From IMG/VR virus record IMGVR_UViG_3300005548_000002, positions 1 to 45,393 of that record: a stretch of DNA of 45,393 nt; one strand, 5' to 3'. This stretch comes from a virus. This document shows, piece by piece, positions 1 to 9,446 of this stretch. The translations under genes were made by a program, and so were the position numbers. Every line of letters begins with the position of its first letter. The first letter of the stretch is position 1. The notes below the pieces were generated by a model. The model saw only the letters and a program-made list of their open reading frames with translations. It did no database searches and was not told the origin of the DNA.

Positions 1-110
1 GGCGATTCTGAACGGCCGCATCCTGAAGGCCGACGAACTGGACGGCCCGCTCCCCGAAGGATTGAGCGTCAAACGGATTTCATTGGGCGACGTCTGTGTC
101 GACGTCGTCT
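1..110. repeat. Terminal overlap, identical to 45284..45393 (circular assembly closure or terminal redundancy)
   Basis: Base-by-base comparison: ggcgattctgaacggccgc...gtcgacgtcgtct occurs at both window ends. Confidence 0.9.
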
Positions 111-1534
111 CACCCTTCACCTTCTTCCCCGACCCGCTGGCGACCTCCATGCAGGAGTTGACTCAGTGCTTCGAGGAGAAGGTCCGCTCCCCCGACTACC
201 TCAAAGAGCGCTACGGGGTGGAAATGGCGCCGGACACCGAAGCGCCGGTCGGTCCGGTCGAGAGCCGCATCTTCTCGTCGCTCATGCCGGGTCTCGGGAC
301 GGGCTACAAAGGGATCAAGGTCTACGAGTTCTGGTCGCGTCCCTGCGCCACCTACCCGAAGGGCAAACGGGCGGTCTGGGCCCAGGATCAGATCCTGGTC
401 GAGGAAGAGCCGCTGGACCCGATGCCCTACGTGATGTTCTCGGGGATCAAGGTCCCCAATCGCTTCTGGCCCACCGCCGTCACCACCCAGCTACGAGGCC
501 CGCAGATCGCCCTGAACAAGCTGGAGTCCCAGATCCAGGAGAACGCCAACCGGCTCGGCAATCCCTCGATCCTGAAGTCCCGCCAGGCCAACGTCTTCTA
601 CGGCGGCGTCCCGGGCGAGGAAGTCCTCTACGACTCCACCGTCACCGATGCGGTGCCGCAGTTCCTCGTCCCGCCGAACATGCCCGCCTACGTGGATCAG
701 CGTCTCCAGCGCATCCTCGAATCGATGAACGAGATCTCCGGACTGCACGAGGTCTCGAACGCCTCGGTCCCGACCGGTGTCACTGCGGCGTCGGCGATCA
801 ACCTGCTCCAGGAGGCCGACGACACGCGGATCGGACCCGAGGTGCAGGACATGGAGTTCTCCCTGGGGGAAGCCGGGACGAAGCTGGCCCGACTCCTCGC
901 GCGGTACGTCTCCGATGAACGGATACTTCGCATCGCGGGCGAGGACGAAAGCTGGGATATCTTCGCCTTCCGGGGCACGATGATGGGCGAAGAGCCCACC
1001 GTGGAGTGTCAGGCCGGCTCGGCGATGCCGCGCTCCAAGGCCGCCAAGCAGGCGGCGATGCTCGAGGTTCTCCAGACGATGTTCCAGTACGGCCTCGTCC
1101 CCGACCAACGCGACCTGCGCAAGTTCTTCGCCGACTACGAGGTCGGCGCCCTCGATGCACTCTTCGGCGGTCTGACGACGACCGAGCAGCAGATCCAGCG
1201 CGAGAACCGCCGCATGTCCCAGGGTGAAGCGGTGGAAATCAACGCCTACGACGAGGACCAGGAACACATCGACGGGCATGAGGAAGTCCAGCGCTCCGCC
1301 GGCTACGCCTCCTGGCCTCCGGAGGCGAAACAGCTCATGGAAATGCACGTCAGCGCCCACCGCGAAAAACTCGCCAAACAGGCGAACATGCAACTGGAAG
1401 CCCAGGCCCACGCGCAGGCCCAGGCCGCGGCCGGCCAGCAGGAAGCCGCGCTGAACCAGAAAGCCGGCGAAACGGCTCTCGAAGTGGCCAAGGAACATGC
1501 GGCCCCGCAGAAACCGGAAGCCCGACATGGCTAG
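2..1534 (+). CDS. Portal protein, 3' part (continues from 44775..45393 across the circular junction)
   Basis: ORF is open from the window edge. Its frame is continuous with 44775..45393 through the 110-bp overlap, giving about 680 aa in total. It lies upstream of the scaffold and major capsid genes and has an acidic, Gln/Ala-rich C-terminal tail. Confidence 0.7.
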   Translation, partial: AILNGRILKADELDGPLPEGLSVKRISLGDVCVDVVSPFTFFPDPLATSMQELTQCFEEKVRSPDYLKERYGVEMAPDTEAPVGPVESRIFSSLMPGLGTGYKGIKVYEFWSRPCATYPKGKRAVWAQDQILVEEEPLDPMPYVMFSGIKVPNRFWPTAVTTQLRGPQIALNKLESQIQENANRLGNPSILKSRQANVFYGGVPGEEVLYDSTVTDAVPQFLVPPNMPAYVDQRLQRILESMNEISGLHEVSNASVPTGVTAASAINLLQEADDTRIGPEVQDMEFSLGEAGTKLARLLARYVSDERILRIAGEDESWDIFAFRGTMMGEEPTVECQAGSAMPRSKAAKQAAMLEVLQTMFQYGLVPDQRDLRKFFADYEVGALDALFGGLTTTEQQIQRENRRMSQGEAVEINAYDEDQEHIDGHEEVQRSAGYASWPPEAKQLMEMHVSAHREKLAKQANMQLEAQAHAQAQAAAGQQEAALNQKAGETALEVAKEHAAPQKPEARHG

Positions 1535-1733
1535 GGGGCCGTACTCCCGAAAGCAGCAGCGCTTCGAGTTCGCCAAGGCGGCGGAAGGCGCGCCATGGGC
1601 GGTGAAAAAGCTGCGAGACGCCCCGACGATGCGTGTCCGCCGCAAAGGCCAGAAGCAGGCGAAGCCGAAGCCGCAGTACGACCAGGCCAAAGCGGCGATC
1701 GTCAAGGCCGCGCTGAGGCGTCGTCATGGCTGA
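1527..1733 (+). CDS. Small basic hypothetical protein
   Basis: ATG 1527 is preceded by GGAAG and overlaps the portal stop. 68 aa, Lys/Arg-rich. Alternative start at 1497. Confidence 0.5.
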   Translation: MARGPYSRKQQRFEFAKAAEGAPWAVKKLRDAPTMRVRRKGQKQAKPKPQYDQAKAAIVKAALRRRHG

Positions 1734-1956
1734 TCAGTCCGCTGCGATCAAGGCGGCGATGCAACTGCTGATGAAGCAGAACGCCGAAAAGCCCAACTCC
1801 GGCGAACGGCCGCCCAATCTTCGCCAAGGCGACGAACACGAAAACTGCGGCAACTGCGAGCACTTCGACGAAGGCCGCTGCACCCTCTACTCCTACAAAG
1901 TGACGCCCGAACAGGTCTGTGACAGTTGGGCGCCGATCCCAGAAAGCGGGAAGTGA
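1726..1956 (+). CDS. Hypothetical Cys-rich small protein
   Basis: Overlaps the upstream gene end. 'CGNCEHF..C..C' four-Cys pattern, a possible metal site. Confidence 0.55.
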   Translation: MADQSAAIKAAMQLLMKQNAEKPNSGERPPNLRQGDEHENCGNCEHFDEGRCTLYSYKVTPEQVCDSWAPIPESGK

Positions 1957-2174
1957 TGGCAACCAGCAAGCTCGCCGGGAAACTCACGGCGAAGAAGCGC
2001 AACAGCCTCAAGGCTTCGACCTTCGGCCTGCCGGGTCAACGGAAATATCCGATCCCCGACACCAAGCACGCGGTGTTGGCGAAGAGCTACGCGAAAAAAG
2101 AGCTTGCCAAAGGCAACCTCACCGAAGCCCAGTACAACGCGATCGTCACCAAGGCGAATCGGAAACTGGCCTAG
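1956..2174 (+). CDS. Hypothetical protein
   Basis: ATG 1956 shares one base with the upstream TGA (TGATG). 72 aa, Lys-rich. In frame with track ORF 1926..2174. Confidence 0.55.
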   Translation: MATSKLAGKLTAKKRNSLKASTFGLPGQRKYPIPDTKHAVLAKSYAKKELAKGNLTEAQYNAIVTKANRKLA

Positions 2175-2182
2175 GAGGAATC

Positions 2183-2407
2183 ATGGGAATCGAGTACACC
2201 AAGGACGGCGTCACCGAGGAACCGCGGGCGATCCGCGAGAACGACTTCGTCGAGGTCACCAAAGGCGAGCACAAAGGCCGCTACGGCGTCGCTCACAACC
2301 TCGTCGAAGAGGGGAAGTGGGCGATCGTCATGACCCGCGACAACGACTCGGAGAACATCCACGTCGAGGTCAAGAACCTGAAGCCCGCGCAGGCGGGACG
2401 CCGATGA
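2183..2407 (+). CDS. Hypothetical protein
   Basis: GGAGGA lies upstream of ATG 2183. 74 aa, with high third-position GC. This is the internal start of track ORF 1919..2407. Confidence 0.6.
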   Translation: MGIEYTKDGVTEEPRAIRENDFVEVTKGEHKGRYGVAHNLVEEGKWAIVMTRDNDSENIHVEVKNLKPAQAGRR

Positions 2408-2712
2408 GCATCCACGAGCAGAGGCTTCTACAGGCGATCCAGAACTACTCGAACCGCAGCAAGGGCGGAGAACTCCCCAAGGGCGTCGAGGAGGCCATCG
2501 CCGGCCTGACCAAGGCCCTCAGCGCCCCGGCCCCCGGCAAGGACTCCCCAGGCGCGAGGGAGGCCCTGAAGGTCGCTCCCGGCACCACCGGTACCGGGGA
2601 GAGCATCGCCCGCGCAGCCCGCGGGATCGACGGCCCCTCGCCGGGCCAGCGCGAAGCACAGAGCCTCTCGCAGCAGATCGCCGACGCGGCTGCGCAGCTC
2701 GCCAAGCAGTAA
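2404..2712 (+). CDS. Hypothetical Ala/Gly/Pro-rich protein
   Basis: ATGA overlap with the upstream gene. 102 aa. Confidence 0.55.
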   Translation: MSIHEQRLLQAIQNYSNRSKGGELPKGVEEAIAGLTKALSAPAPGKDSPGAREALKVAPGTTGTGESIARAARGIDGPSPGQREAQSLSQQIADAAAQLAKQ

Positions 2713-2835
2713 CCGAACTTCACCCAGCAGTTCAACACGAATCGACCAGGGACCGCCTTCGGGTAGGCCAGGGCTCCGGGCACGGGGTACAGCCGAACGC
2801 AGGGCAAGGTCACAGTCGGAGAATAGGAGCAGTTC

Positions 2836-3621
2836 ATGTCCGACGTACAGCCCGACACGGGCCAGGGCGCCGAGGCAACCGACTCGGGGTATTCCCAATA
2901 CCTCGACTCAGTAGCACCGGAGATACGTGAGCAGGTCGAGCCTCTTTTCAAAGAGTTCGACGGCAACGTGACCAAGAAGTTCCAGGAGCATGCCGAGTAC
3001 CGCAAGGGCTGGACTCCTTATGAAGAGCTCGGGATCAAAGACGTCCCCCCCGAGACCCTTCAGGAGCTTCTCACGTTCGCTCAGATGGCGAACGATCCCG
3101 AGCAGTTCGAGACGTGGCTGAAGAACGTAGCCACGGAACGAGGGCTGCTCGGCGAGTCAGGAGACGATGAGATCGACCTCGAGGAGGACGACTCGTCCAA
3201 GATCGAAGAACGGCTGATCGAGAAAGTCTCCGAACTCATCAACCCCCTCCAGGAGCGTTTCGAGCAGCAGGACCAGCAGAAGATGATCGACGACGCCACG
3301 GCCGAAATCGATGACGCCTTCAAGGAGCTGCTCGGAGACGACAAGAACCTCCCGGAGAACGCGAGGGACACGATCGAAGCCCTCGCCTACCGCTACTCCG
3401 ATGAACCGGGGTTGTCGGCGAAGGAAGTCATCGAGAAAGGCTTCGCCGACTACCAGCAGTTGATCGGGCAGGCGGAGAAAGGGTTGTTCGCCAAGAAGTC
3501 CGACCAGCCCCAGACCCCCGAGGGTCCGGGCGCCGCGTCGATGCAGGACGAGAAATTGACCTCCTTCGGTGACCCGCGCCTGAAGGCGCAGGCACTGGAA
3601 AGGCTCAAGCAGTCCGCATAA
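2836..3621 (+). CDS. Putative scaffolding protein
   Basis: 261 aa, very acidic and helical-looking. GGAG RBS. Immediately upstream of the major capsid gene. Confidence 0.55.
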   Translation: MSDVQPDTGQGAEATDSGYSQYLDSVAPEIREQVEPLFKEFDGNVTKKFQEHAEYRKGWTPYEELGIKDVPPETLQELLTFAQMANDPEQFETWLKNVATERGLLGESGDDEIDLEEDDSSKIEERLIEKVSELINPLQERFEQQDQQKMIDDATAEIDDAFKELLGDDKNLPENARDTIEALAYRYSDEPGLSAKEVIEKGFADYQQLIGQAEKGLFAKKSDQPQTPEGPGAASMQDEKLTSFGDPRLKAQALERLKQSA

Positions 3622-3678
3622 CCCATCTCCGGGGCGACTGGGACATCCCTTGTCCACTCTCACCCCTAGGAGCAACGC

Positions 3679-4935
3679 ATGGCAACGCAGACGCTGTCGA
3701 ATGCCGACGCGATCCTGAAGGATCTCTACGTCGGGCCCATCGTCGAGCAGTTGAACAACAAGACGTACATGCTCGACCAGATCGAGCGTGATTCAGAGCA
3801 CATCGACCTCTACGGTCGGCGCGCGATCATCCCGGTCCACACGAACCGCAACCGCGGCCGTGGGTCCCGGGGAGACGGCGGAGCCCTCCCGGCCGCCGGG
3901 CGTCAGTCCTACCAGGACGCGATCGTGAAGATCAAAGGCCACTTCTCGGGCATCGAGGTCACGGATCAGTCGATCCAGGCTTCGCAGTCCAACGAGGGCG
4001 CCTTCATCAACATCCTGGACTCGGAGTCGCAGAAGTGCGGTGAAGACCTCCGCAAGGACATCAACCGGCAGGTCTTCGGTGAAGGCACCGGAATCCTGAC
4101 CGGAGTCGCGTCGGAAGTCACGTCGACCAAAGTGATCCCGGTCCTCTCCGTCCAGTACGTCTACGTCGGAGATCCGGTGGACATCGTCCTGAAGTCGGAC
4201 GGCACCACCTCGGAAGGCAAGGTCGGAGTCGAAGTCACCAAACGCGAAGGTGGCTCGACGAAGAAGATCGAAGTCTCCGAAACCGTCACCAAAGTCACGA
4301 CCAACTACGGCGTCTACCTCAACGGCTCCTACGGGAACGAGATGGACGGCCTCCGCAACATCATCGCCAAAAGCCGGACCCTCCACGAAATCAACTCGGC
4401 CACGGCCGGGAACGAATTCTGGAACGGCCGGGTGCAGAACGTCGGCGAATCCGAATCGGTGCTGGCCACCGCCGGAGAGACGTCGTTCGAGAAGCTGGCG
4501 GACGAAGTCGGGCTCTCCGGCAACGCGGATGTCGAGGTCTTCCTGACCTCCCGTGGTGTGCGCCGGCGCCTGGCGGACACCTACCAGTCCCAGAAGCGCT
4601 ACAACGATGCAGAAGCGGTCAGGGTCCACGGCGGCTACTCGGCGATCATGGTCAACGAGATCCCCGTCATCGCGGACGACGACTGCCCGCGCACCTACGC
4701 GTTCGGCCTCAACAAAGAGTCGTTCCGCTGGTTCCAGCTCTCGACTCCAGGCTGGATGCAGCAGGGAGGTTCCGGCATCTTCTTCCTCAAGGACGGAAGC
4801 ACCGCCGGTACGAAGGTCGCCACCTGGCAGGCCTTCTTCTCCTGGTACGCAGCCCTCGGCTGCATCGCCCCGAACCGCAACGGCGTCTTGAAGTTCTGCG
4901 AAGACGACGTCCCCACCGGGGAAGGCGAGGTCTAG
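3679..4935 (+). CDS. Major capsid protein (HK97-fold type)
   Basis: 418 aa with an AGGAG RBS. The position and sequence pattern ('LKDLYVGPIVEQLNN...', 'QVFGEGTG') are typical of phage major capsid families. Confidence 0.75.
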   Translation: MATQTLSNADAILKDLYVGPIVEQLNNKTYMLDQIERDSEHIDLYGRRAIIPVHTNRNRGRGSRGDGGALPAAGRQSYQDAIVKIKGHFSGIEVTDQSIQASQSNEGAFINILDSESQKCGEDLRKDINRQVFGEGTGILTGVASEVTSTKVIPVLSVQYVYVGDPVDIVLKSDGTTSEGKVGVEVTKREGGSTKKIEVSETVTKVTTNYGVYLNGSYGNEMDGLRNIIAKSRTLHEINSATAGNEFWNGRVQNVGESESVLATAGETSFEKLADEVGLSGNADVEVFLTSRGVRRRLADTYQSQKRYNDAEAVRVHGGYSAIMVNEIPVIADDDCPRTYAFGLNKESFRWFQLSTPGWMQQGGSGIFFLKDGSTAGTKVATWQAFFSWYAALGCIAPNRNGVLKFCEDDVPTGEGEV

Positions 4936-5001
4936 AGAAAGACGGAAGGAATGGAGGGCTGCCTACGGGTGGCCCTCCATCTTCCAACGGAAAGGAACCA
5001 A

Positions 5002-5466
5002 GTGGAGATCCGCCCTGCCTCATTGGCCCAGATCAGCAAGGGCCGCGACGGCCGCTATATCCAGATCGACGACGACGTACAAGGCGTCGCCAACGGCCTG
5101 AATACGATCGACCCGCACATCAAGCTCCGCTTCTCCGAGGCCGGGGGCTACTTCGTCGTCTACTGGTCGGAGAACCCGAACCGGACCGACGAGGAGGACG
5201 CCGACGACAACACGACGTACCTGATCTTCACCGCGCAGGAGTTGGACCACCGCATCGTCCACAAGATGCAGGAGGTCTACTGGAGGTGCAACAAGCCCGG
5301 CTACTCCTTCGCCGATGAGCTCGACGCCCGGGAGAAAGCCGACAAGAAGGCCGCCGAACACGACCGCCGCGAGAAGCAGGGCGAGATGTGGGAACGCCTC
5401 GCGCATGCGATGAGGAAGGACCTTGGCTACGACCAGGGCCGCATCTATGTCCCGGAGGGCGTATGA
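5002..5466 (+). CDS. Hypothetical head-module protein
   Basis: GTG 5002 has AAAGGA 5 nt upstream. The alternative ATG 4951 adds 17 residues that do not look like coding sequence. Confidence 0.5.
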   Translation: MEIRPASLAQISKGRDGRYIQIDDDVQGVANGLNTIDPHIKLRFSEAGGYFVVYWSENPNRTDEEDADDNTTYLIFTAQELDHRIVHKMQEVYWRCNKPGYSFADELDAREKADKKAAEHDRREKQGEMWERLAHAMRKDLGYDQGRIYVPEGV

Positions 5467-6128
5467 CCGACGTGCTGATAGCCGTCCCTTCCCGAGGCAA
5501 CGTCCGGGTCGAGTGGGCGTCCATGTTGATGACCCTGGAGATGCCGGTCAACCTGACCTATGCGATGAAGATCGTCACGGGGGAGACGGTCGAGGACGCA
5601 CGCAACACCCTCGTCAGGGAGGCCCGTGAGCTGGAGGCCAAGTACATCTTCTTCCTCGACGACGACGTCCTGGTCCCCAACCAGACGATCAGCCGCATGG
5701 TCTACGTCATGGAGAACGACGACTGCGACCTGTTGACGGCGATCGTACCGGTCAAGTCACCCGGTGGGGAACCATGCGTGTTCAGGAAGGGCCATGCCTC
5801 CTCCTACTGGGGCTGGACCTTCAACGAACGCTTCTCGGTCGACTCCTGCGGGATGGCCGCATGCATGATCCGCATGGACGCCTTCGAGAGGGTCCCGGAG
5901 CCCTGGTTCGAGTGGATCAAGGAGAGCAAGGGGCCGGGCCACACCTTCGAGGTCGGCGAGGACGTGGGCTTCTGCGAGCGGCTGAAGGACGCAGGAGGAA
6001 AGCTCCTGGCCGACGGTGGAATCCTCTGCGGCCACATCGACGAGAGCGGGAAGGTCTACACCCTCCCCGACGACTGCGGACCGCTCGAGCGAGGCAAGGA
6101 CAAGCTCGCGGAGTTCGTGAAGCTATGA
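5463..6128 (+). CDS. Glycosyltransferase (GT-A/GT2-like)
   Basis: ATGA overlap with the upstream gene. 'IAVPSRG' start and 'YIFFLDDDVLV' DxD motif. 221 aa. Confidence 0.6.
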   Translation: MTDVLIAVPSRGNVRVEWASMLMTLEMPVNLTYAMKIVTGETVEDARNTLVREARELEAKYIFFLDDDVLVPNQTISRMVYVMENDDCDLLTAIVPVKSPGGEPCVFRKGHASSYWGWTFNERFSVDSCGMAACMIRMDAFERVPEPWFEWIKESKGPGHTFEVGEDVGFCERLKDAGGKLLADGGILCGHIDESGKVYTLPDDCGPLERGKDKLAEFVKL

Positions 6129-6778
6129 CCATCGCCGGTTATACCTACCTCGAACTCCAGAACGAGGTCCTCGAACACCAGTTCAGCGACGGCAAGTACC
6201 GGCCCCTGGTCAAGAAATGGCTGAACCAGGCCCAGCGACGGGCGGTGATCGAATCGGAAAGCCGCACGCAGGAGGAATCCTCGTCGATCACGACGAGCGC
6301 CGGGGACGCGACCTACGAACTGCCGGCGAATTTCGCGCGGATGATCGACCTCTTCAACAGCGAAACGCACCAGCTTCCACAGCCGCTCGACATCCGTGAA
6401 TACGACAACCTCTCGAAATCTGAAGGGCAGCCCTACGCCTACGCCGTGATCGGCAATCAGATCACGTTCTACCCCACGCCGAATGCCGCCTACCCCTTCA
6501 CGCTCCGCTACTGGAGGCTCCCGGCCGACATGGTCGCCGAAACCGACCAGCCGGAAATCCCCGTCCAATACCACGAGCTGCTGATCGCCTACGCGATGAA
6601 GAAAGCCTTCCAGCGAGAGGACGATCTCCAGATGGCCCAGGCGTGGGAAGCGCAGTGGGAAAAAGGCATCCTGAAGATGCGCGGCGAGGTGCAGGCGGAC
6701 GTCTTCGACGGACCCCGCCAGGTGGCAGGAAGCTTCGCCGACGTCCACGGACCGGCTTTCGGCGTCTGGAGGGGTTAG
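6125..6778 (+). CDS. Putative head-tail adaptor / virion structural protein
   Basis: ATGA overlap with the upstream gene. 217 aa. Located between the capsid and tail genes. Confidence 0.4.
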   Translation: MTIAGYTYLELQNEVLEHQFSDGKYRPLVKKWLNQAQRRAVIESESRTQEESSSITTSAGDATYELPANFARMIDLFNSETHQLPQPLDIREYDNLSKSEGQPYAYAVIGNQITFYPTPNAAYPFTLRYWRLPADMVAETDQPEIPVQYHELLIAYAMKKAFQREDDLQMAQAWEAQWEKGILKMRGEVQADVFDGPRQVAGSFADVHGPAFGVWRG

Positions 6779-6781
6779 GCC

Positions 6782-8347
6782 GTGAGGGGATGGCCGATCA
6801 CCTATTCCGACTTCTCCGGCGGCCTCAACACCCAGAGCGGTCCTTACCTCCTCCAGGGAAACGAATGTCGGGAAGCCCTGAACGTCCATACCTCTCTGAC
6901 GGGTGATGTGGAGAAGCGGCCCGGGTTCATCACCCTCTCGGGCTCGACGCTCACCGGCTCCCCCGTGAACGCCACGGGGGTCCATACGCTGTTTCCGTCG
7001 AACACCTCGACCAAGAGCATTATCGGGGTCGCGACGACCTCGACCACGGACACGATCTTCAAGATGACCACGGGGGGAGTCGCATCGGTCCTGAAATCAG
7101 GGATGACCGCCAATACCCGCTGGTGGTTCGCCCAGGCCGAAGTCAACGGGGCGTCGGGGCCGATCTTCGGGCTGAACGGGGTGGACACGCCGAAGCGCTG
7201 GGACGGCTCGGCCGCGGAAATGTCGGACTGGGTCGCGACCACCGGAACGGTCCCGAAAGAAGCGAGGTACCTGACCTACTGGTCCTCCCGGCTCTGGTGC
7301 GCGAAGGGCTCCCGCCTCTACTACTCGGGAATCACCGGATCGACCCCGGACCCGTTGAACTGGGACGCCGAAAACTTCGTCGACCTCGAGCCCAACGACG
7401 GCCAGGAAATCACCGGGATAGGCATCGTCGGTGCCTATCTGATCGTCTTCAAGTCGCGCAAGATCTACAACGTCTACGACCCGAACACGGCAGCTAACCG
7501 GGCCATCTCCAACTCGGTCGGCTGCATCGCCCCGCGTTCGATCGTCCAGACGCCGATCGGCCTCCTCTTCCTCTCCGAGGATCAAGGCATCTGCAAGACG
7601 GACGGCACCGCGGTCACGCCGTTCTCGGACGGGATCAAGCCGGACATCGCCCGTGTCCTCGCGAACCCGACCACCGCCAGGAACGCGGCCGGGACGCTGC
7701 TCGACCGACGCTACATGCTCTCCGTGTCCGTCGGTGGGACGAGGAACGACCGCACCTACGAGTACGACATGATCGCGGGTTCCTGGTGGCCGCACAGTTG
7801 CGCGTCCAATGCCTTCGCCCTCCTCGATCCCCAGGGGACCCCGCAGCTCTACTCGGCCGATTCCCTGGCCTCGGCCCGCGTCTCCAAAGCCTTCGTCGCC
7901 GAAACCTTCTCGGAGAACGGGGCGAGCATGGCCTGGAAGTACGTCACCCCCTACTACGCCTGGGGTTCCTCTGGCTCCTTCCGCTACCAGCGCTACATCG
8001 ACCCGCACAAGGTCAAGCGCGTCAGAGAGGTGCGCGTCGATGGCGAGGGAACCTGGGAAGCCTTCATCGCCGCGGACTTCCGCGAGGAATGGAAGCTGAT
8101 GGACGGCGAGACGTGGAGCGCGTCGGGGGAAGCGGTCTCGGGCTTCTTCGAAACCGTCGAATCCCCCGAAACGACCTTCGAAGGCTCGGGCGCCGGGGTG
8201 TTCGAAGAAGGCGTGGAAATCGTCTCCGAGCGCCGCTACCACACGCCCGGCCTCGGGCGCTCCATCTCCTTCAAATATGAAGGCAACGACAGCAACCCCG
8301 TCAAAATATGGTCGACCACCATCTCAATCGACCAGAGACAAGACTGA
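6782..8347 (+). CDS. Virion structural protein with beta-propeller-like repeats (tail/nozzle candidate)
   Basis: GTG start, 521 aa. 'ITYSDFSGGLN' N-terminus and recurring strand-like blocks (LYYSG, IVFKSRKIYNVY, LLFLSEDQGICKTDG). Confidence 0.5.
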   Translation: MRGWPITYSDFSGGLNTQSGPYLLQGNECREALNVHTSLTGDVEKRPGFITLSGSTLTGSPVNATGVHTLFPSNTSTKSIIGVATTSTTDTIFKMTTGGVASVLKSGMTANTRWWFAQAEVNGASGPIFGLNGVDTPKRWDGSAAEMSDWVATTGTVPKEARYLTYWSSRLWCAKGSRLYYSGITGSTPDPLNWDAENFVDLEPNDGQEITGIGIVGAYLIVFKSRKIYNVYDPNTAANRAISNSVGCIAPRSIVQTPIGLLFLSEDQGICKTDGTAVTPFSDGIKPDIARVLANPTTARNAAGTLLDRRYMLSVSVGGTRNDRTYEYDMIAGSWWPHSCASNAFALLDPQGTPQLYSADSLASARVSKAFVAETFSENGASMAWKYVTPYYAWGSSGSFRYQRYIDPHKVKRVREVRVDGEGTWEAFIAADFREEWKLMDGETWSASGEAVSGFFETVESPETTFEGSGAGVFEEGVEIVSERRYHTPGLGRSISFKYEGNDSNPVKIWSTTISIDQRQD

Positions 8348-8358
8348 AGGAAGATCAA

Positions 8359-8808
8359 ATGGCTTTTCGTCGTAGACGCGATCTCGCGGAACGGTTCTGG
8401 GAAAAGGTCGACCAGGGGCCTGACTGCTGGGAATGGATCGCGGGCAAGAACAACAAAGGCTATGGGTTGATAAGTGTTGGCCATAGCGAACAACGTCTAG
8501 CCCATCGAGTGTCCTACGAATTTGCCTTCGGGGACATCGACGACGGCCTATGCGTGTGCCATTCCTGCGACCATCCAGATTGCGTACGCCCGGATCATCT
8601 CTTCCTAGGGACGCAGCGCGAAAACCTCGAAGATATGTACGCGAAGCGGCGTGATGGGGTGACGAAGCTAAAACCCGCGCAAGTCCGAGAGGTCAGGAGC
8701 TTGGTTGACGACGGCTGGAAACTCCGCGACATCGCCGCCGCCTATGGCGTGGGACATTCAGCGGTCTGGAAAATCGGAAAGCGCATCACCCACAAGGCGG
8801 TCGCCTGA
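8359..8808 (+). CDS. HNH homing-type endonuclease (HNH_3-like)
   Basis: 'RFWEKV...CWEW.G..N.KGYG......RLAHRVSYE' plus 'CHSCDHP.CV.P.HL..GT..EN'. The C-terminal part looks like an HTH. It interrupts the tail module. Confidence 0.8.
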   Translation: MAFRRRRDLAERFWEKVDQGPDCWEWIAGKNNKGYGLISVGHSEQRLAHRVSYEFAFGDIDDGLCVCHSCDHPDCVRPDHLFLGTQRENLEDMYAKRRDGVTKLKPAQVREVRSLVDDGWKLRDIAAAYGVGHSAVWKIGKRITHKAVA

Positions 8809-9446
8809 TGACCGAAGTCGTCTACGAACTTCCTGAAAAAGGCGAAGCGCGTTCTGCCTCGGACGGCAAGATGCGGACCGCCCTCACGAAACTGAAAGAA
8901 ACCGTCAACGGGAAAATCGGCCAGGCCAACTTCGAAGCCAACGCTGCGTTGGCGGGGAAGTGGTACACGCCGGTCGGCATCGCCACTGAAGAGAGTCGGG
9001 AATCGACGTCTTTCGGCACCCTGACGACGAAAGACGAAATCACCGGAGTCGTCGTGCCAGCCAATGCGGTTCTTCTCATCGCAGTTCAGGCACAATGGAA
9101 GTGCTCTGTCGCGGGTGCCGGGCGTGCTGCCGTCTTCATCGGCTCAAACCAGCTCCAATCTGTCAGCGGAAGTGGGTCGACCGCCGTACAGGAAGCAACC
9201 CTGCCGAGCGGTGCTGGATTCGCAATGCTCTCTTCCGGAATCATCGGTCTGGAAAGCTCTAATGGAGGGGGACTGGCGACGATCGCCTCCACCGGAATGG
9301 TCATCGGCGGCGGCGGCGGGGGGGGAGGATTTATCTCCGTTTCTGTTGCGGCGGGCACCTACGCGATAAGCCTTCGGTTCCGCTCGACCTCGGGGAACGT
9401 GACGGCGAAAGAACGAACTTTTAGGGTCGGGGTGCTTGGGACGTGA
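8808..9446 (+). CDS. Tail fibre-like protein
   Basis: ATGA overlap with the upstream gene. 212 aa, Gly/Ser/Ala-rich, with a poly-Gly run encoded by a GGC/G8 tract. Confidence 0.45.
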   Translation: MTEVVYELPEKGEARSASDGKMRTALTKLKETVNGKIGQANFEANAALAGKWYTPVGIATEESRESTSFGTLTTKDEITGVVVPANAVLLIAVQAQWKCSVAGAGRAAVFIGSNQLQSVSGSGSTAVQEATLPSGAGFAMLSSGIIGLESSNGGGLATIASTGMVIGGGGGGGGFISVSVAAGTYAISLRFRSTSGNVTAKERTFRVGVLGT

